Assembly: GCF_007994225.1 (NCBI RefSeq)
Contig: NZ_VLLL01000007.1
Location: forward strand, 365,686 to 429,685
Length of the DNA: 64,000 nt
Direction: 5' to 3'
Source of the DNA: Stackebrandtia albiflava
GTDB taxonomy: Bacteria; Actinomycetota; Actinomycetes; Mycobacteriales; Micromonosporaceae
Below are positions 1-9,249 of the stretch, piece by piece. Under the pieces are notes generated by a model. The model saw only the letters and a program-made list of their open reading frames with translations, was not told the origin of the DNA and searched no databases. Position numbers and translations under genes: made by a program. The first letter of the stretch is position 1, and every line of letters begins with the position of its first letter.

Positions 1-346
1 CCCGCTCGCCCCCGGCGCACTCGTCCTGGAGGTGGTGTTCACGCCGCCGCCCGGCCGCAAACTCGACGACAGCTTCGGGCCGCCGACCCGGTTGACCGTG
101 ACCTCCGACCCGCCCGAACTGCTCGCCGAAGGCGCCGGCGAAGGCACCGACCTGACCCGGCGGCTGCGCGTCGCCGACGGCGTCCCCTCCGGGGTGCTGC
201 AGGTGGTGGCGCAGGCGGCGAGCTGCGACATCGACGTACCCAACCCGGCGTGCCACCTCACCCGGCAGGACTGGGGGGTGCCGGTCACGGTCACGCGCGA
301 CGGCGAGGACCGGCTCACACTGATGCTGCACGGCCATGACGGCTGA
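1..346 (+). CDS. 3' end of a CDS that begins upstream of the window; unknown product
   Basis: Frame 2 is open from base 2 to the TGA at 344-346. Codon third positions are GC-rich. No motif recognised. Confidence 0.35.
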   Translation, partial: PLAPGALVLEVVFTPPPGRKLDDSFGPPTRLTVTSDPPELLAEGAGEGTDLTRRLRVADGVPSGVLQVVAQAASCDIDVPNPACHLTRQDWGVPVTVTRDGEDRLTLMLHGHDG

Positions 347-791
347 CCCGGTACCCGGCCGGGTCCAGCGGATCGCCGCGTACGCCCACGCCGAACGAGA
401 CGGCGCCGTCCTGCTGGTGCGGGTCGGCGGGACGCTGCCCGACGAGGCAGGGACGTGGATGCTGCCGGGTGGCGGCGTCGAACACGGCGAACACCCCGCA
501 CAGGCGGTCGTACGGGAGGTCGCGGAGGAGACCGGGCTCGACGTCACGGTCGAGGGACTGACGACCGTCGGTTCCGATCACCGGACGATCCCGTTCCCGT
601 CCGGGCCGGTCGACTTCCACTGTGTCTACTTCGTGTACCGGGTGAGGGTGACCGGCGGGACACTGCGCGACGAACCCGACGGCACGACGCGCTCACCGTC
701 GTGGCTGCCGATCGCGGCCATGGCTACGACACCGCTCCTGCCGAGCATGGCCGACACCATCCGGCGGCTCACCGGCCACACCGGTAAGTAG
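336..791 (+). CDS. NUDIX hydrolase
   Basis: Nudix box G-X5-E-X7-REVAEETG (GGGVEHGEHPAQAVVREVAEETGL). Length 151 aa. The ATG overlaps the upstream stop by 11 bp. Confidence 0.8.
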   Translation: MTADPVPGRVQRIAAYAHAERDGAVLLVRVGGTLPDEAGTWMLPGGGVEHGEHPAQAVVREVAEETGLDVTVEGLTTVGSDHRTIPFPSGPVDFHCVYFVYRVRVTGGTLRDEPDGTTRSPSWLPIAAMATTPLLPSMADTIRRLTGHTGK

Positions 792-1282
792 TCGAACGGC
801 AGGTCGTGCAGACTCAGCCCTTCCCGCCATCGACGCCCGGTCAGGTCGTTGACGAGGGTGACCTCCGTGAGGACGTCGAATCCGGCCTCGTGGGCGCAGT
901 GCATACCGGCGAGGTTCCGGGCGGCGGGGCGCAACGCCAGGTGACGCAGTCGACGGTTCCGGGCCTCCTCGGTCACCTGCGCCAGCAACCGCGAACCGAC
1001 CCCGGTGTCCCGCATCGACTCGGTGACCACCAGGGGACGCACCTCGCCGTGCCGGTCCTCGATGAGCAGGCCCGCGAACCCGACGACCACGTCGGCCTGT
1101 TCGGCGACCCACATGCCCGACAGGTTCAGACGGGTCAGGTACTCCTCGAAACCGGCGCCCGGGTCGTCACCACCGAGGCCGGGCTCGTCGTACAACCGGC
1201 CGTGGTCGGCCACCATCTCGATCCACAGGTCGCGACAGGCGGCGTGGTCCGCCGGACGGAAGCCACGAATCTCGACACTCAT
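626..1282 (-). CDS. GNAT family N-acetyltransferase
   Basis: GNAT fold motifs (VVGFAGLL, RDTGVGSRLLAQV, AGFDVL). The ORF has a C-terminal tail that overlaps the convergent NUDIX gene by 165 bp, so the true 3' extent is uncertain. Confidence 0.65.
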   Translation of the reverse strand: MSVEIRGFRPADHAACRDLWIEMVADHGRLYDEPGLGGDDPGAGFEEYLTRLNLSGMWVAEQADVVVGFAGLLIEDRHGEVRPLVVTESMRDTGVGSRLLAQVTEEARNRRLRHLALRPAARNLAGMHCAHEAGFDVLTEVTLVNDLTGRRWREGLSLHDLPFDYLPVWPVSRRMVSAMLGRSGVVAMAAIGSHDGERVVPSGSSRSVPPVTLTRYTK

Positions 1283-1468
1283 GTCCTCTTCTTACCCGCA
1301 ACGGCCCCTCCCGACCCCGGAAACCCGCAGAGCCGCCGCCCACGGCGCCGCGACGACGGCGGGGGACGTGCGTCGGGCGGGTACCGTACCCAGAGTCGGC
1401 CGCGGCGAACCGCACGCCACCGGACCAACGAGAACAGGCACGCACCCCATCGACGCTGGAGCAGCATC

Positions 1469-2449
1469 ATGACTCGTCCCGACCGTGAACCCGTCATCCT
1501 GCGAGGCATCAGCTCCCGCGCCTGGGAGCACCCCGCCGACCGGGGCGCCCTGGTGGCGCTGCGGGAACTGCGCGGCTTCGACATCGTGCTGCGTAAGCTC
1601 GCCAGCCTGGTGAAGGAACGCCAGATGCGGCTGGACTTCCTGGGCAGCGCCATCCGGGTGGACCGTCACCAGTACGCCGACGTGCACCGGCACTACCTCC
1701 AGGTCGCGGCGGTCCTCGACATCCCCGAACCGCCGGAGCTGTACGTCCACCGCAACCCCGACCTGGCCGGCGTCACCATGGGCATCGACAAACCGATCGT
1801 GTCGATCAGTTCCGGTGCCGTCCAGATGCTCGACGACCAGGAGCTGCGTTTCCTGCTCGGTCACGAACTCGGCCACGCCGCCAGCGGACACGCCCTGTAC
1901 CGGACGCTGTTCGTCTGGGTGCTGCGCCTGACCTCCAATCTGGCCTGGTTGCCGGTCGGTTCGGTCGGTCTTCGTGTGATCCTCGCCGCGCTCAGCGAAT
2001 GGCGTCGCAAGTCGGAACTGACCGCCGACCGCGCCGGCCTGCTCGCGGTGCAGAACCCCAACACCGCGATCCGGGTGCTGGCGCGGATCGCCGGAGGCGG
2101 CGACCTGTCCCAGATCGACATCGCGGCGTTCCTGGAGCAGGCCAAGGACTACGAGTCGGGCGGCGACCTGCGCGACAGCCTCCTGAAGCTGGCGATGCTG
2201 GAGAACCTGAGTCACGACGTCCCGGTGGAACGCGCCGCCGCGCTCCAACACTGGGTGTCCGAAGGGGAGTACCGCGACATCCTCGGCGGCGACTACCCCC
2301 GCCGGGACGACGACGACAACGTCAGCATCACCGACGAGGCGAAGGCCGCGGCACGCCACTACCGGGACGCGTTCAACCGTTCCGGTGACCCGCTGGTCGA
2401 CACGCTGCGCCGGTTCCGCGACAAGGTGACCCCCAACCGCTCCGAGTGA
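1469..2449 (+). CDS. M48 family zinc metallopeptidase (HtpX/Ste24-like)
   Basis: HEXXH zinc motif HELGHAASGH with hydrophobic segments and a downstream Glu. The in-frame ATG at 1469 was chosen; the 5' part of the 806-2449 ORF looks non-coding. Confidence 0.75.
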   Translation: MTRPDREPVILRGISSRAWEHPADRGALVALRELRGFDIVLRKLASLVKERQMRLDFLGSAIRVDRHQYADVHRHYLQVAAVLDIPEPPELYVHRNPDLAGVTMGIDKPIVSISSGAVQMLDDQELRFLLGHELGHAASGHALYRTLFVWVLRLTSNLAWLPVGSVGLRVILAALSEWRRKSELTADRAGLLAVQNPNTAIRVLARIAGGGDLSQIDIAAFLEQAKDYESGGDLRDSLLKLAMLENLSHDVPVERAAALQHWVSEGEYRDILGGDYPRRDDDDNVSITDEAKAAARHYRDAFNRSGDPLVDTLRRFRDKVTPNRSE

Positions 2450-2470
2450 CGCCCGCCGTACCGTTGCGGT

Positions 2471-3343
2471 GTGGACCTGGAATACCTGCGTGCCCACCCC
2501 GAACGGCTGCCGATGCTCATCGACCACCAACGGATCCGGTTCACACCGGTCCCGGGCGGATCGACCAGCGTCGCGCAACGGCTCACCTTGGACGACGGCA
2601 CCGACGTGTTCGCGAAACTCCACGAGACCGGCCCGGAAGGGCTGATCGACGCGGAACGACGCGGCCTCGACTGGCTCGCCGCCGCCGGTGCACCGGTCCC
2701 CCGGGTGTGGGCGTCCACACCGGAACTACTGGTCACCGACTGGATCCCGGAGGCGGCGCCCACCGCCGACAACGCCGCCGCGTTCGGCCGCGCGTTGGCC
2801 CGGCTGCACCGCTCCGGCGCCGACCGCTTCGGCGCGGACTGGCCCGGTTTCATCGGGCGGCTCCCGTTGGACAACTCGGGAGCCGAGACCGACTGGGCGG
2901 GCTGGTACGCGACGCGGCGGCTGCTGCCCTACCTGCGGATGTCACGTGACGCCGGAACCCTCGACGCGGCCGACACGGCCCTGGTGTCGGCGGCGATCGA
3001 CCGGTTGCCCGGGCACGCGGGCCGGTCCGACCCCACCGAACCGGTCGCCCGTATCCACGGTGACCTGTGGCCGGGCAACGTGTTGTGGTCGGCCGACCGG
3101 GCGTTCCTGATCGATCCGGCCGCCCAGGGCGGACACCGCGAGACCGACCTGGCGACCCTGGCGCTGTGGGGAGGCGCTCCCCGTCTCGCGGACATCCACG
3201 CCGGATACCGGGAGGTGTGGCCGCTCGCCGACGGATGGCGTGACCGGACCCCCGCGCACCAACTTCACCTGCTGCTGGTGCACACCGCCCTCTTCGGACG
3301 GGCGTACCGGGATGAGGTGCTGGCGGCGGCACGGAGCTGGTGA
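2471..3343 (+). CDS. fructosamine/ketosamine-3-kinase family protein (APH-like kinase fold)
   Basis: HGDLWPGN catalytic motif plus a DxxxxxD-like segment. Length 290 aa. Confidence 0.75.
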   Translation: MDLEYLRAHPERLPMLIDHQRIRFTPVPGGSTSVAQRLTLDDGTDVFAKLHETGPEGLIDAERRGLDWLAAAGAPVPRVWASTPELLVTDWIPEAAPTADNAAAFGRALARLHRSGADRFGADWPGFIGRLPLDNSGAETDWAGWYATRRLLPYLRMSRDAGTLDAADTALVSAAIDRLPGHAGRSDPTEPVARIHGDLWPGNVLWSADRAFLIDPAAQGGHRETDLATLALWGGAPRLADIHAGYREVWPLADGWRDRTPAHQLHLLLVHTALFGRAYRDEVLAAARSW

Positions 3344-3716
3344 CCGGCGCCGACCCCGCGACCGCCCGTGCCCGCACCGGTCCGAAACCGGCCAGGATCG
3401 GCGGCAACCCGCGCTCCACCTCCACCGTGACCAGGCCGTCCGATACCCGGCAGTCGGTGAGGCGCGCGAGGTTCGCGTCCGCGAGCCGGCCCGCGACGTC
3501 ACACGGATCGTCGCGGGTGGCTCCCAGCCGCATGGCAGCCGCCAGCGCCGCCGCGTCGGCCGCCCACTGTGCCTGGTGACGTGCCCGCACCGCCGCCGTC
3601 ACCGACAGCGCCACCGCTCCGGTGAGGACCAGCACCGCCGCCACCGCCAGCACCATCACGGTCGCGCTTCCGGCGTCACCGTCTCGGGCGTCGCCGCGCG
3701 CGGTCTCAACGGACAC
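2850..3716 (-). CDS. TadE-like (Rv3654c-like) pilus assembly protein. The conserved part is the N-terminal ~125 aa (3340-3716); the frame has no stop until 2850.
   Basis: N-terminal signal/TM (VMVLAVAAVLVLTGAVALSV) followed by a TadE-like region. It is co-linear with the Tad locus. The remainder of the ORF is Pro/Arg-rich and antisense to the kinase gene. Confidence 0.45.
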   Translation of the reverse strand: MSVETARGDARDGDAGSATVMVLAVAAVLVLTGAVALSVTAAVRARHQAQWAADAAALAAAMRLGATRDDPCDVAGRLADANLARLTDCRVSDGLVTVEVERGLPPILAGFGPVRARAVAGSAPVTSSVPPPAPHPGTPVRRGRCAPAAGEVGARGSGHAIRRRAATPPGIRRGCPRDGERLPTAPGSPGRSRGVRPGRPDRSGTPGRPTTTRCPATGHRGYGRPVRWGRTGPRARATGRSPPTPGPCRPRRGFRRHVTSAGRAAAAASRTSPPSRSRLPSCPTGAAR

Positions 3717-4065
3717 CGACGTCCTCCCGGGCGGCGGTCGCGTCGGCGCGCAACGGGACGCCGGGAAGCCACTCCGCCCACGGCCGCACCTCCACGGTCA
3801 CCACCGCCGTCACCGTGTCCGCCGTGGTGTCGATACGGACCCGGGCGCCCTCCGGGGCGCGGGACGCCCCCACGAGTGCCCCCGCCTCGCCCCTGGCCTC
3901 CGCCAACGCCGCCTCCCGCGCCGCGTCGACGCACCGGACCTGGGCGACGGCCGCGTACACTCCCCCGACGACCGCCGCCAACAGCAGCAGCACGGCGGGG
4001 AACGCCACCGCCAGCTCGGCCGTCGCGTGCCCGGCGTCGCCGCCGGGACGTCGTCGGCGGATCAT
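3706..4065 (-). CDS. TadE-like protein (Rv3655c-like)
   Basis: TadE N-terminal motif ATAELAVAFPAVLLLLAAVV. The ATG overlaps the stop of the Flp gene. Confidence 0.65.
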   Translation of the reverse strand: MIRRRRPGGDAGHATAELAVAFPAVLLLLAAVVGGVYAAVAQVRCVDAAREAALAEARGEAGALVGASRAPEGARVRIDTTADTVTAVVTVEVRPWAEWLPGVPLRADATAAREDVGVR

Positions 4066-4250
4066 TTCAACGCCTTCTCGACGATGCCCGTCAACGCGGC
4101 CGAGACCGTGTCGGACGTCAACACCTTCAACAGCAGGCCCGCGAACGCGACCGCGGCGATCGTGCCCACCGCGTACTCCGCGGTACTCATGCCCGCGTCG
4201 CCGCGCAACCTCCGCCGCCAACGTTCACCGATACACCTCAAAGTGGACAT
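4062..4250 (-). CDS. flp: Flp family type IVb pilin
   Basis: Flp prepilin signature G/MSTAEYAVGTIAAVAFAGLLL (prepilin-peptidase site G-xxxEY, then a hydrophobic helix). Length about 62 aa. Confidence 0.7.
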   Translation of the reverse strand: MSTLRCIGERWRRRLRGDAGMSTAEYAVGTIAAVAFAGLLLKVLTSDTVSAALTGIVEKALK

Positions 4251-4267
4251 GTACGACTCCTTTCGAG

Positions 4268-4930
4268 TCATGGAAGGGAAACGACGGATGCCATGAGTGA
4301 CATCACGATCGGAATGAGACCGGCCGCCACGAAGGCCGGCAGGAAACACAGGCACAACGGCAACACCAGCCACACTCCTGCCCGTTGTGCGCGTGCGGCG
4401 GTGGCGACCGCGTGTTCGGCGCGCAACCGTTCGGCGAGCCGGTGCATCCCCTCGGCGAGGGCCGCCCCGGACCAGCGGCTGCGTTCCACCGCCGCCGCGA
4501 ACCATTCGGCTCCGGGGATCTCCCGCAGTCCCGCCGCCGCGTCGGCCGCCGACTCGCCCCACAGCAGCGCCCGGCCGTACCGGGCCAGCAGGTCCGCCAG
4601 TTCACCGTCACCGGCGTTGCCGGCGGCGATCACGGCGTGCGGGAGCGGTGCGCCCGCCGACAGGCACGCCCCCGCCACGTCGAGCGCGGACGGCAGTTCG
4701 GCGGCCAGGCGGCGTCGCCGCGCGCGGCGACGCTCCTCACCGGTACGGGTGGTGGCGTACCTGGTGGCCGCCACGGTGGCCGCGCCCGCCACCACCCCCG
4801 CGACACCGCCGACCACCACCGCGACGGCGAGGCCGGTGGCGACCGTGACCGGCCACCCGTGAAGCAGCCGTCGCCGCGGTACGTCCGCCGCGGCCGGGGA
4901 CAGGGCGCGGAGCCGTCGGGTCGCCTTCAC
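4268..4930 (-). CDS. tadC: TadC-like type II secretion system F-domain membrane protein
   Basis: Transmembrane segments and T2SSF-like sequence. The GTG start overlaps the TadB stop as GTGA. Confidence 0.65.
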   Translation of the reverse strand: MKATRRLRALSPAAADVPRRRLLHGWPVTVATGLAVAVVVGGVAGVVAGAATVAATRYATTRTGEERRRARRRRLAAELPSALDVAGACLSAGAPLPHAVIAAGNAGDGELADLLARYGRALLWGESAADAAAGLREIPGAEWFAAAVERSRWSGAALAEGMHRLAERLRAEHAVATAARAQRAGVWLVLPLCLCFLPAFVAAGLIPIVMSLMASVVSLP

Positions 4931-5502
4931 GCCGCCACCGCCTCGTCCCGGGTGACCGCCAGGTGGATCCGGTGGCTCCACCACAACCCCACCACCTGGA
5001 GTGCCGCGGCGGCCGACAGGCACGCGGCCCCCACCGGTGTGGTGAACAGCAACGTCAAGGTGTCGGCGCCGACGAGCGCACCGAGGAGCGGACCGGCCAA
5101 CGGAAGCAACGCGAGCAGGACGACGGTGGCGCGGGTGCCCGCCGTGTGGGCGGCGAGGGCGGCACGGGCCGCCGCCGCCGATCGCAGTTCGACGGCGAGA
5201 CGGTCGAGCAGCTCCGCCGCGGGAGCGCCCGTCGTCTCCACCACACGTGCGATCCCACGGAGCCGCCGCGCGATCCCGCGGGTCGCCGGTTCACCGTCCA
5301 ACTCTATGGAAGCGGCGAGCGCCGCCATCTCCGCGGGAGGGCTCAGGCCGGCCCGGACGTCCGCCGCCAGCAGTTCAACACCGCGGTACGCCCGGTCGGT
5401 GAACCGTTCCGCGCGTTTCCGCCTACGGGCTCCCCGCGACACGACGACACCCGCGACCGCGTACCCCGCCGCGAGGACCGGCGCGACCGGACCCGCCCAC
5501 AT
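4927..5502 (-). CDS. tadB: TadB-like pilus assembly membrane protein
   Basis: Transmembrane segments, positioned between tadC and cpaF. The start shown (ATG overlapping the cpaF stop) is the first Met after the cpaF stop; an upstream GTG start is possible. Confidence 0.55.
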   Translation of the reverse strand: MWAGPVAPVLAAGYAVAGVVVSRGARRRKRAERFTDRAYRGVELLAADVRAGLSPPAEMAALAASIELDGEPATRGIARRLRGIARVVETTGAPAAELLDRLAVELRSAAAARAALAAHTAGTRATVVLLALLPLAGPLLGALVGADTLTLLFTTPVGAACLSAAAALQVVGLWWSHRIHLAVTRDEAVAA

Positions 5503-6806
5503 CACGGGGGCCGCCGCCAGCACCGCCGCGGCCGCCGCGGCGCGCACCGGGTGACGCTCCGCCCACGCCGCCACGGCCGCCGTTCTCCGCCGGTGGCCCG
5601 GCTCGGGTGTCGTGGACAGCCGGTCCAGCGGGCTACCGGTAAACACGACGGCTCCCACGGCCGCTCCTCCGCCGACAACAGTCTCGTGAGCCTGGGCCTG
5701 CCCGGTGTGGCACCGCCGGTGATCCGCCAGGCCGGACTCACCCTGATCCGGCCGTGATCCGGGTCGACCTCCAGCAGCGATATCTCCGACACCACCCGCC
5801 GGGCACCGATCCTGCGCATGTGGACGACCACCCGAAGCGCCGCCGCGATCAATGCGTACAGGCCGGGCCGTGACAGGCCGTGCGGCAGCGCCAACGCCGC
5901 CAACCGGGCGGGTACGTCGGCGGCCGTGTTGGCGTGGACCGTTCCGGCGCTCCCGTCGTGCCCGGTGTTGAGGGCCGCGAGGAGTTCGATGACCTCGGCG
6001 CCCCGGCACTCACCGACCACGATCCGGTCCGGACGCATCCGCAGCGCCTGCCGGACCAGCGACGCCAGGTTCACCTCACCGGCACCGTCCACGTTGGCCT
6101 GCCTGGTTCGCAGGCTCACCACCTGCGGGTGCCGTGGCGCGAGCTCCGGTGAATCCTCGACGACCACGATGCGTTCACCGTCCGGAACCGACTCCAGCAG
6201 GCTGCGCAACAGTGTGGTCTTGCCGCTGCCGGTACCGCCCGACACCAGGAACGGCAGACGCCTAGCCACGATACGAGCCACCCACTGCGCCGACTCCGGC
6301 GTGAACGTGCCGGCCTGGATCAGCCCCGCCATGTCGAACGCGACCGGTCGATGGGTCCGCAGGCTCAGGTACGGCCCCGCGACCGCCAGCGGAGGCAGGA
6401 CCGCGTGCAGCCGCGTCCCGTCCGGGAGCCGCACGTCCACGAACGGGTGCGCGTCGTCCAGGCGCCGCCCGGCCGCGGTCGCCAACCGCGCCGCCAACTC
6501 CCGCACCGAGGCGGCGTCGGGGAAACACACGTCGGTGGGTCGCAGCCCCTCGCCCGAGTCGGCCCACACCACGCCCGGGCCGTTCACCAGGACGTCCGTC
6601 ACGTCGGGCGTGTCGAGGAGCGGTTGCAACCGCCCGGCCCCGGTCAGGTCGTCGGTCAACCGGCCCGCGAGGCCCAGCAGGGCGGGACCCGTCACGGGGG
6701 CGCGCCCTGTCGCGTGCAGTGCCGCAGCCACGTCGCCACCGGACACGTCGTCTCGTGTATCCGAGAGCAGTTGGCGGCGCACCGCCTTCAACAACGCCGT
6801 GGTCAT
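5502..6806 (-). CDS. tadA: CpaF/TadA family pilus assembly ATPase
   Basis: Walker A GGTGSGKTT, Walker B IVVGE and a secretion-ATPase His box. The ATG overlaps the upstream ssd stop as ATGA. Confidence 0.9.
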   Translation of the reverse strand: MTTALLKAVRRQLLSDTRDDVSGGDVAAALHATGRAPVTGPALLGLAGRLTDDLTGAGRLQPLLDTPDVTDVLVNGPGVVWADSGEGLRPTDVCFPDAASVRELAARLATAAGRRLDDAHPFVDVRLPDGTRLHAVLPPLAVAGPYLSLRTHRPVAFDMAGLIQAGTFTPESAQWVARIVARRLPFLVSGGTGSGKTTLLRSLLESVPDGERIVVVEDSPELAPRHPQVVSLRTRQANVDGAGEVNLASLVRQALRMRPDRIVVGECRGAEVIELLAALNTGHDGSAGTVHANTAADVPARLAALALPHGLSRPGLYALIAAALRVVVHMRRIGARRVVSEISLLEVDPDHGRIRVSPAWRITGGATPGRPRLTRLLSAEERPWEPSCLPVARWTGCPRHPSRATGGERRPWRRGRSVTRCAPRRPRRCWRRPP

Positions 6807-7900
6807 CTCGGCGCTCCCGTACCGGCGGTGCGGTGATCCCCCGCCGCCGCCACCACGGCGGCGGCCACGACGGCGAGATCACCTCGCCGGAGTCTGGGCA
6901 GTGCCGCCCCCGACTCGACGGCCGCCGGTAGCTTCGGGTCGCTGCAGATGCGCCCGACTACGGGCACCCCCACGGTCTGCGCGATCTGGGCGACGGCGAG
7001 ACGTCGCGGATCCCGCACGACGAGGGCGGCGCGCTCGGCGGTGCCGGCGTGGGCGGCCAGTACGTGCGGTGCAGCCGCCACCGCGCGCACCTCCCCCGGC
7101 ACCACGACCACCAGGAGGTTCCCCGCGCCGGGGAGCCTAGGTGAACAGCCCGCCCCAGACCGGGGCAGGTCCAGCACCACGAGGTCGTGTCCGCGTCCTG
7201 CCGCGTCGATGACGGCGGCGAACTGGTCTCGACCGACCGGGCCACCGCCCCGTGTGTGCGACAACAGGGTCAGATCGCCTTCGCGGGGGAGGCTGTCCCG
7301 GAGCTTCACCGGGTCGAACGGTCCCGGCATGTTGGCCAGGTCGTGCCAGCGCAGGCCGCTGGACCGTTCCCAGCCCATCGCGAGGTCCAGGCCGGCGCCG
7401 TGTGGGTCGGCGTCGATGAGGATCGTTCTGCGGCGCTGCCGGGCGGCACGGATCGCGACGGCTGTCGCGAGTGTGCTGGCGCCCGCACCGCCACGCGCCC
7501 CGGACACCGAGATCACCGGTGCCCGGGGCCGCCGCGACGGCTGCGGCGCCAGGCGGGTCACCAGCCACGGCGCCGCCTCCGGCAGGCTTGCGACCTGATC
7601 GGCGCCCATCGTCAGCGCCATGGGCCACGCCCGGTCGTAGGGCATGCCAGGGCCGGTGAGCAGGACGACTCCGTCGCGTGGCGGGAACCGGGCGTCGGCG
7701 CAGGAGCGCACGGCGTCCTCACCGATGACGACGACCGACGCGGAGGACCAGAACCGGGCCGCCGTCTCGGCGTCGGGCACCGTCCACGCCGAGACGCCCG
7801 CGGCCGAGGCGAGCTCCGTGAGCCGGCCCGCGACGGCGGTGTCGGCGGTGATGAACAGCGGTCGCTGCTGAACCGCGGTGTCGAGCGGCGTGGTCCCCAT
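6803..7900 (-). CDS. ssd: Ssd/CpaE-like ParA-family ATPase (septum site-determining protein, Rv3660c-like)
   Basis: Deviant Walker A-like SVSGARGGAGASTLA. It is the first gene of the tad operon, matching the mycobacterial arrangement. Confidence 0.7.
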   Translation of the reverse strand: MGTTPLDTAVQQRPLFITADTAVAGRLTELASAAGVSAWTVPDAETAARFWSSASVVVIGEDAVRSCADARFPPRDGVVLLTGPGMPYDRAWPMALTMGADQVASLPEAAPWLVTRLAPQPSRRPRAPVISVSGARGGAGASTLATAVAIRAARQRRRTILIDADPHGAGLDLAMGWERSSGLRWHDLANMPGPFDPVKLRDSLPREGDLTLLSHTRGGGPVGRDQFAAVIDAAGRGHDLVVLDLPRSGAGCSPRLPGAGNLLVVVVPGEVRAVAAAPHVLAAHAGTAERAALVVRDPRRLAVAQIAQTVGVPVVGRICSDPKLPAAVESGAALPRLRRGDLAVVAAAVVAAAGDHRTAGTGAPR

Positions 7901-7982
7901 GGATGCTCCTCGAATGTGGAACGGCGTGATGCATCCACTGTCGATGGCGTGCCCGGCGATGACAAGCACGACGATCGTCGCC

Positions 7983-8045
7983 TGTGGATAACCGGCCGGT
8001 TGTGGATAACGCCGGGGTTTTCCACAACCTCGGGTTCGTCCACAG
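7983..8045. promoter_or_regulatory. Cluster of four DnaA-box-like 9-mers upstream of the tad operon
   Basis: TGTGGATAA at 7983-7991 and TTGTGGATAA at 8000-8009 are reverse complements of TTATCCACA. TTTTCCACA (8018-8026) and GTCCACA (8038-8044) lie in the opposite orientation. All are within 65 bp, about 80-140 bp upstream of the ssd start. Confidence 0.4.
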
Positions 8046-8156
8046 CCTCCCCGGGTCGCGGTTTGACTCGCCGTGAATGGCGTCCGATAGGCTCGAATCC
8101 GAAGGGGTGGAGGCCGGTGGCCCTGAAGTGGGGGACACGGTAAGGGGATGGCGGGG

Positions 8157-8430
8157 CATCACGACCGACCGGTCATCACGACCGACCGGTCATCACGGCC
8201 GACGGGTCATCACAGCCGGCAGGGCCTCACGGCCGGGTTCATCACGTCCCCGGCGAGGTGAGGGGCGGCAGCACGGCCCCCGTCATCCCGACCTGCGGGG
8301 CGGCGTCATTACACGGAGCCTCCGGGGCCGTCGTAGGACGGCGAACCCGGGGGCGTCATGGCCGGCGCGTGGATGCGGGACGTCATCATGGCTGGCGCGG
8401 GGACGACCGGGCGCGTCATCACCGCCCGGA
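8157..8430. repeat. Degenerate tandem array of a 17-bp unit (CATCACGRCCGRCSGGT, about 6 copies), followed by dispersed GCGTCAT(C) motifs. Non-coding.
   Basis: Copies start at 8157, 8174, 8191, 8208, 8225 and 8240. Further GTCATC motifs occur at 8281, 8304, 8355, 8381 and 8414. The only ORF here (8077-9288) is Arg-rich antisense noise. Confidence 0.55.
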
Positions 8431-8907
8431 TTGGATCAGCCGGTGTGGGTCAGGGTGTCCGGTGCGGTCCGGCGCCACACACCGTGTCGGTCAGTAGTCG
8501 CCTGCCGTGTCGGCGGCCCGCGTCGATCCGCACGCCGTCTCGGTCGGTTCACCGCCGACCCGGAGGCTCGCCAGGTGCCATGTCGTTCGAGTCCGGCCCG
8601 TACCTGCGAAAACACCTCCCGATCGGGCCGACCCACCGCAGGTGGCCCGCCATACCGGGTCGTCGTCTCGGCGGCTCACGTCGCCACGTCCGTCTCGGCG
8701 GCAAGCCACGGCCCGCGCGCGGTCACTCGGCGGTTCACAGGGGGTCTCGTCACCACGGCCACACCGGGCGGGGCGTCGTTCCTCGTCGTCCACACACCGA
8801 GCGCTCGCCCGGCCGCTCGCCGCCGCACCGGGTTCGATCCGACGTCCGGCGTCGGCACGCGCGGTGGATCCGACACGCCGGTGTTGTCGCCCGGGGGGGG
8901 CGGCCGG

Positions 8908-9249
8908 TCAGTTCTTGTCGCCCGCGTTGTCGCCCGAGATGGTGAAGGCCTGATGCAGGCCGGTGACGTGCAGCAGCCGGTCCAGGAACTCGGTCAGGTT
9001 GTCCAGGACGAGGACGCTTCGCGACCTCGTCGCGGCACGGTTCAGCACGACGAGCGTGCCGAGCCCCTGAGAGTCGCAGAAGGTCACCTGGGACATGTCG
9101 AGGACCACGCGCAGCGGCTGCGCCTCCAGCGCGTTCTCCACCGCCGCCGTCAGGCGCGGTGCGGTTCCGATATCGATCTCACCGGCCAGCGTCACGACCG
9201 CTCTATCCGATTCGTGACGCACCGAAATCTCCAAATCCGGGCGTCCCAC
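8908..9249 (-). CDS. STAS-domain anti-sigma factor antagonist
   Basis: SpoIIAA/RsbV-like sequence with a conserved phosphorylatable Ser context (DSQGLGTLV). Length 113 aa. Confidence 0.8.
   Translation of the reverse strand: MGRPDLEISVRHESDRAVVTLAGEIDIGTAPRLTAAVENALEAQPLRVVLDMSQVTFCDSQGLGTLVVLNRAATRSRSVLVLDNLTEFLDRLLHVTGLHQAFTISGDNAGDKN

Noticed and set aside
806-1468. 5' 221 codons of the 547-aa ORF upstream of the M48 peptidase
   Set aside because: Overlaps the GNAT gene on the opposite strand. The peptidase homology begins at the ATG at 1469, so the upstream part is treated as non-coding read-in.
3240-4862. 540-aa ORF on the plus strand
   Set aside because: Pro/Arg/Thr-rich low-complexity translation, antisense to the tadE/flp/tadC genes. 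It is the usual high-GC antisense open frame.
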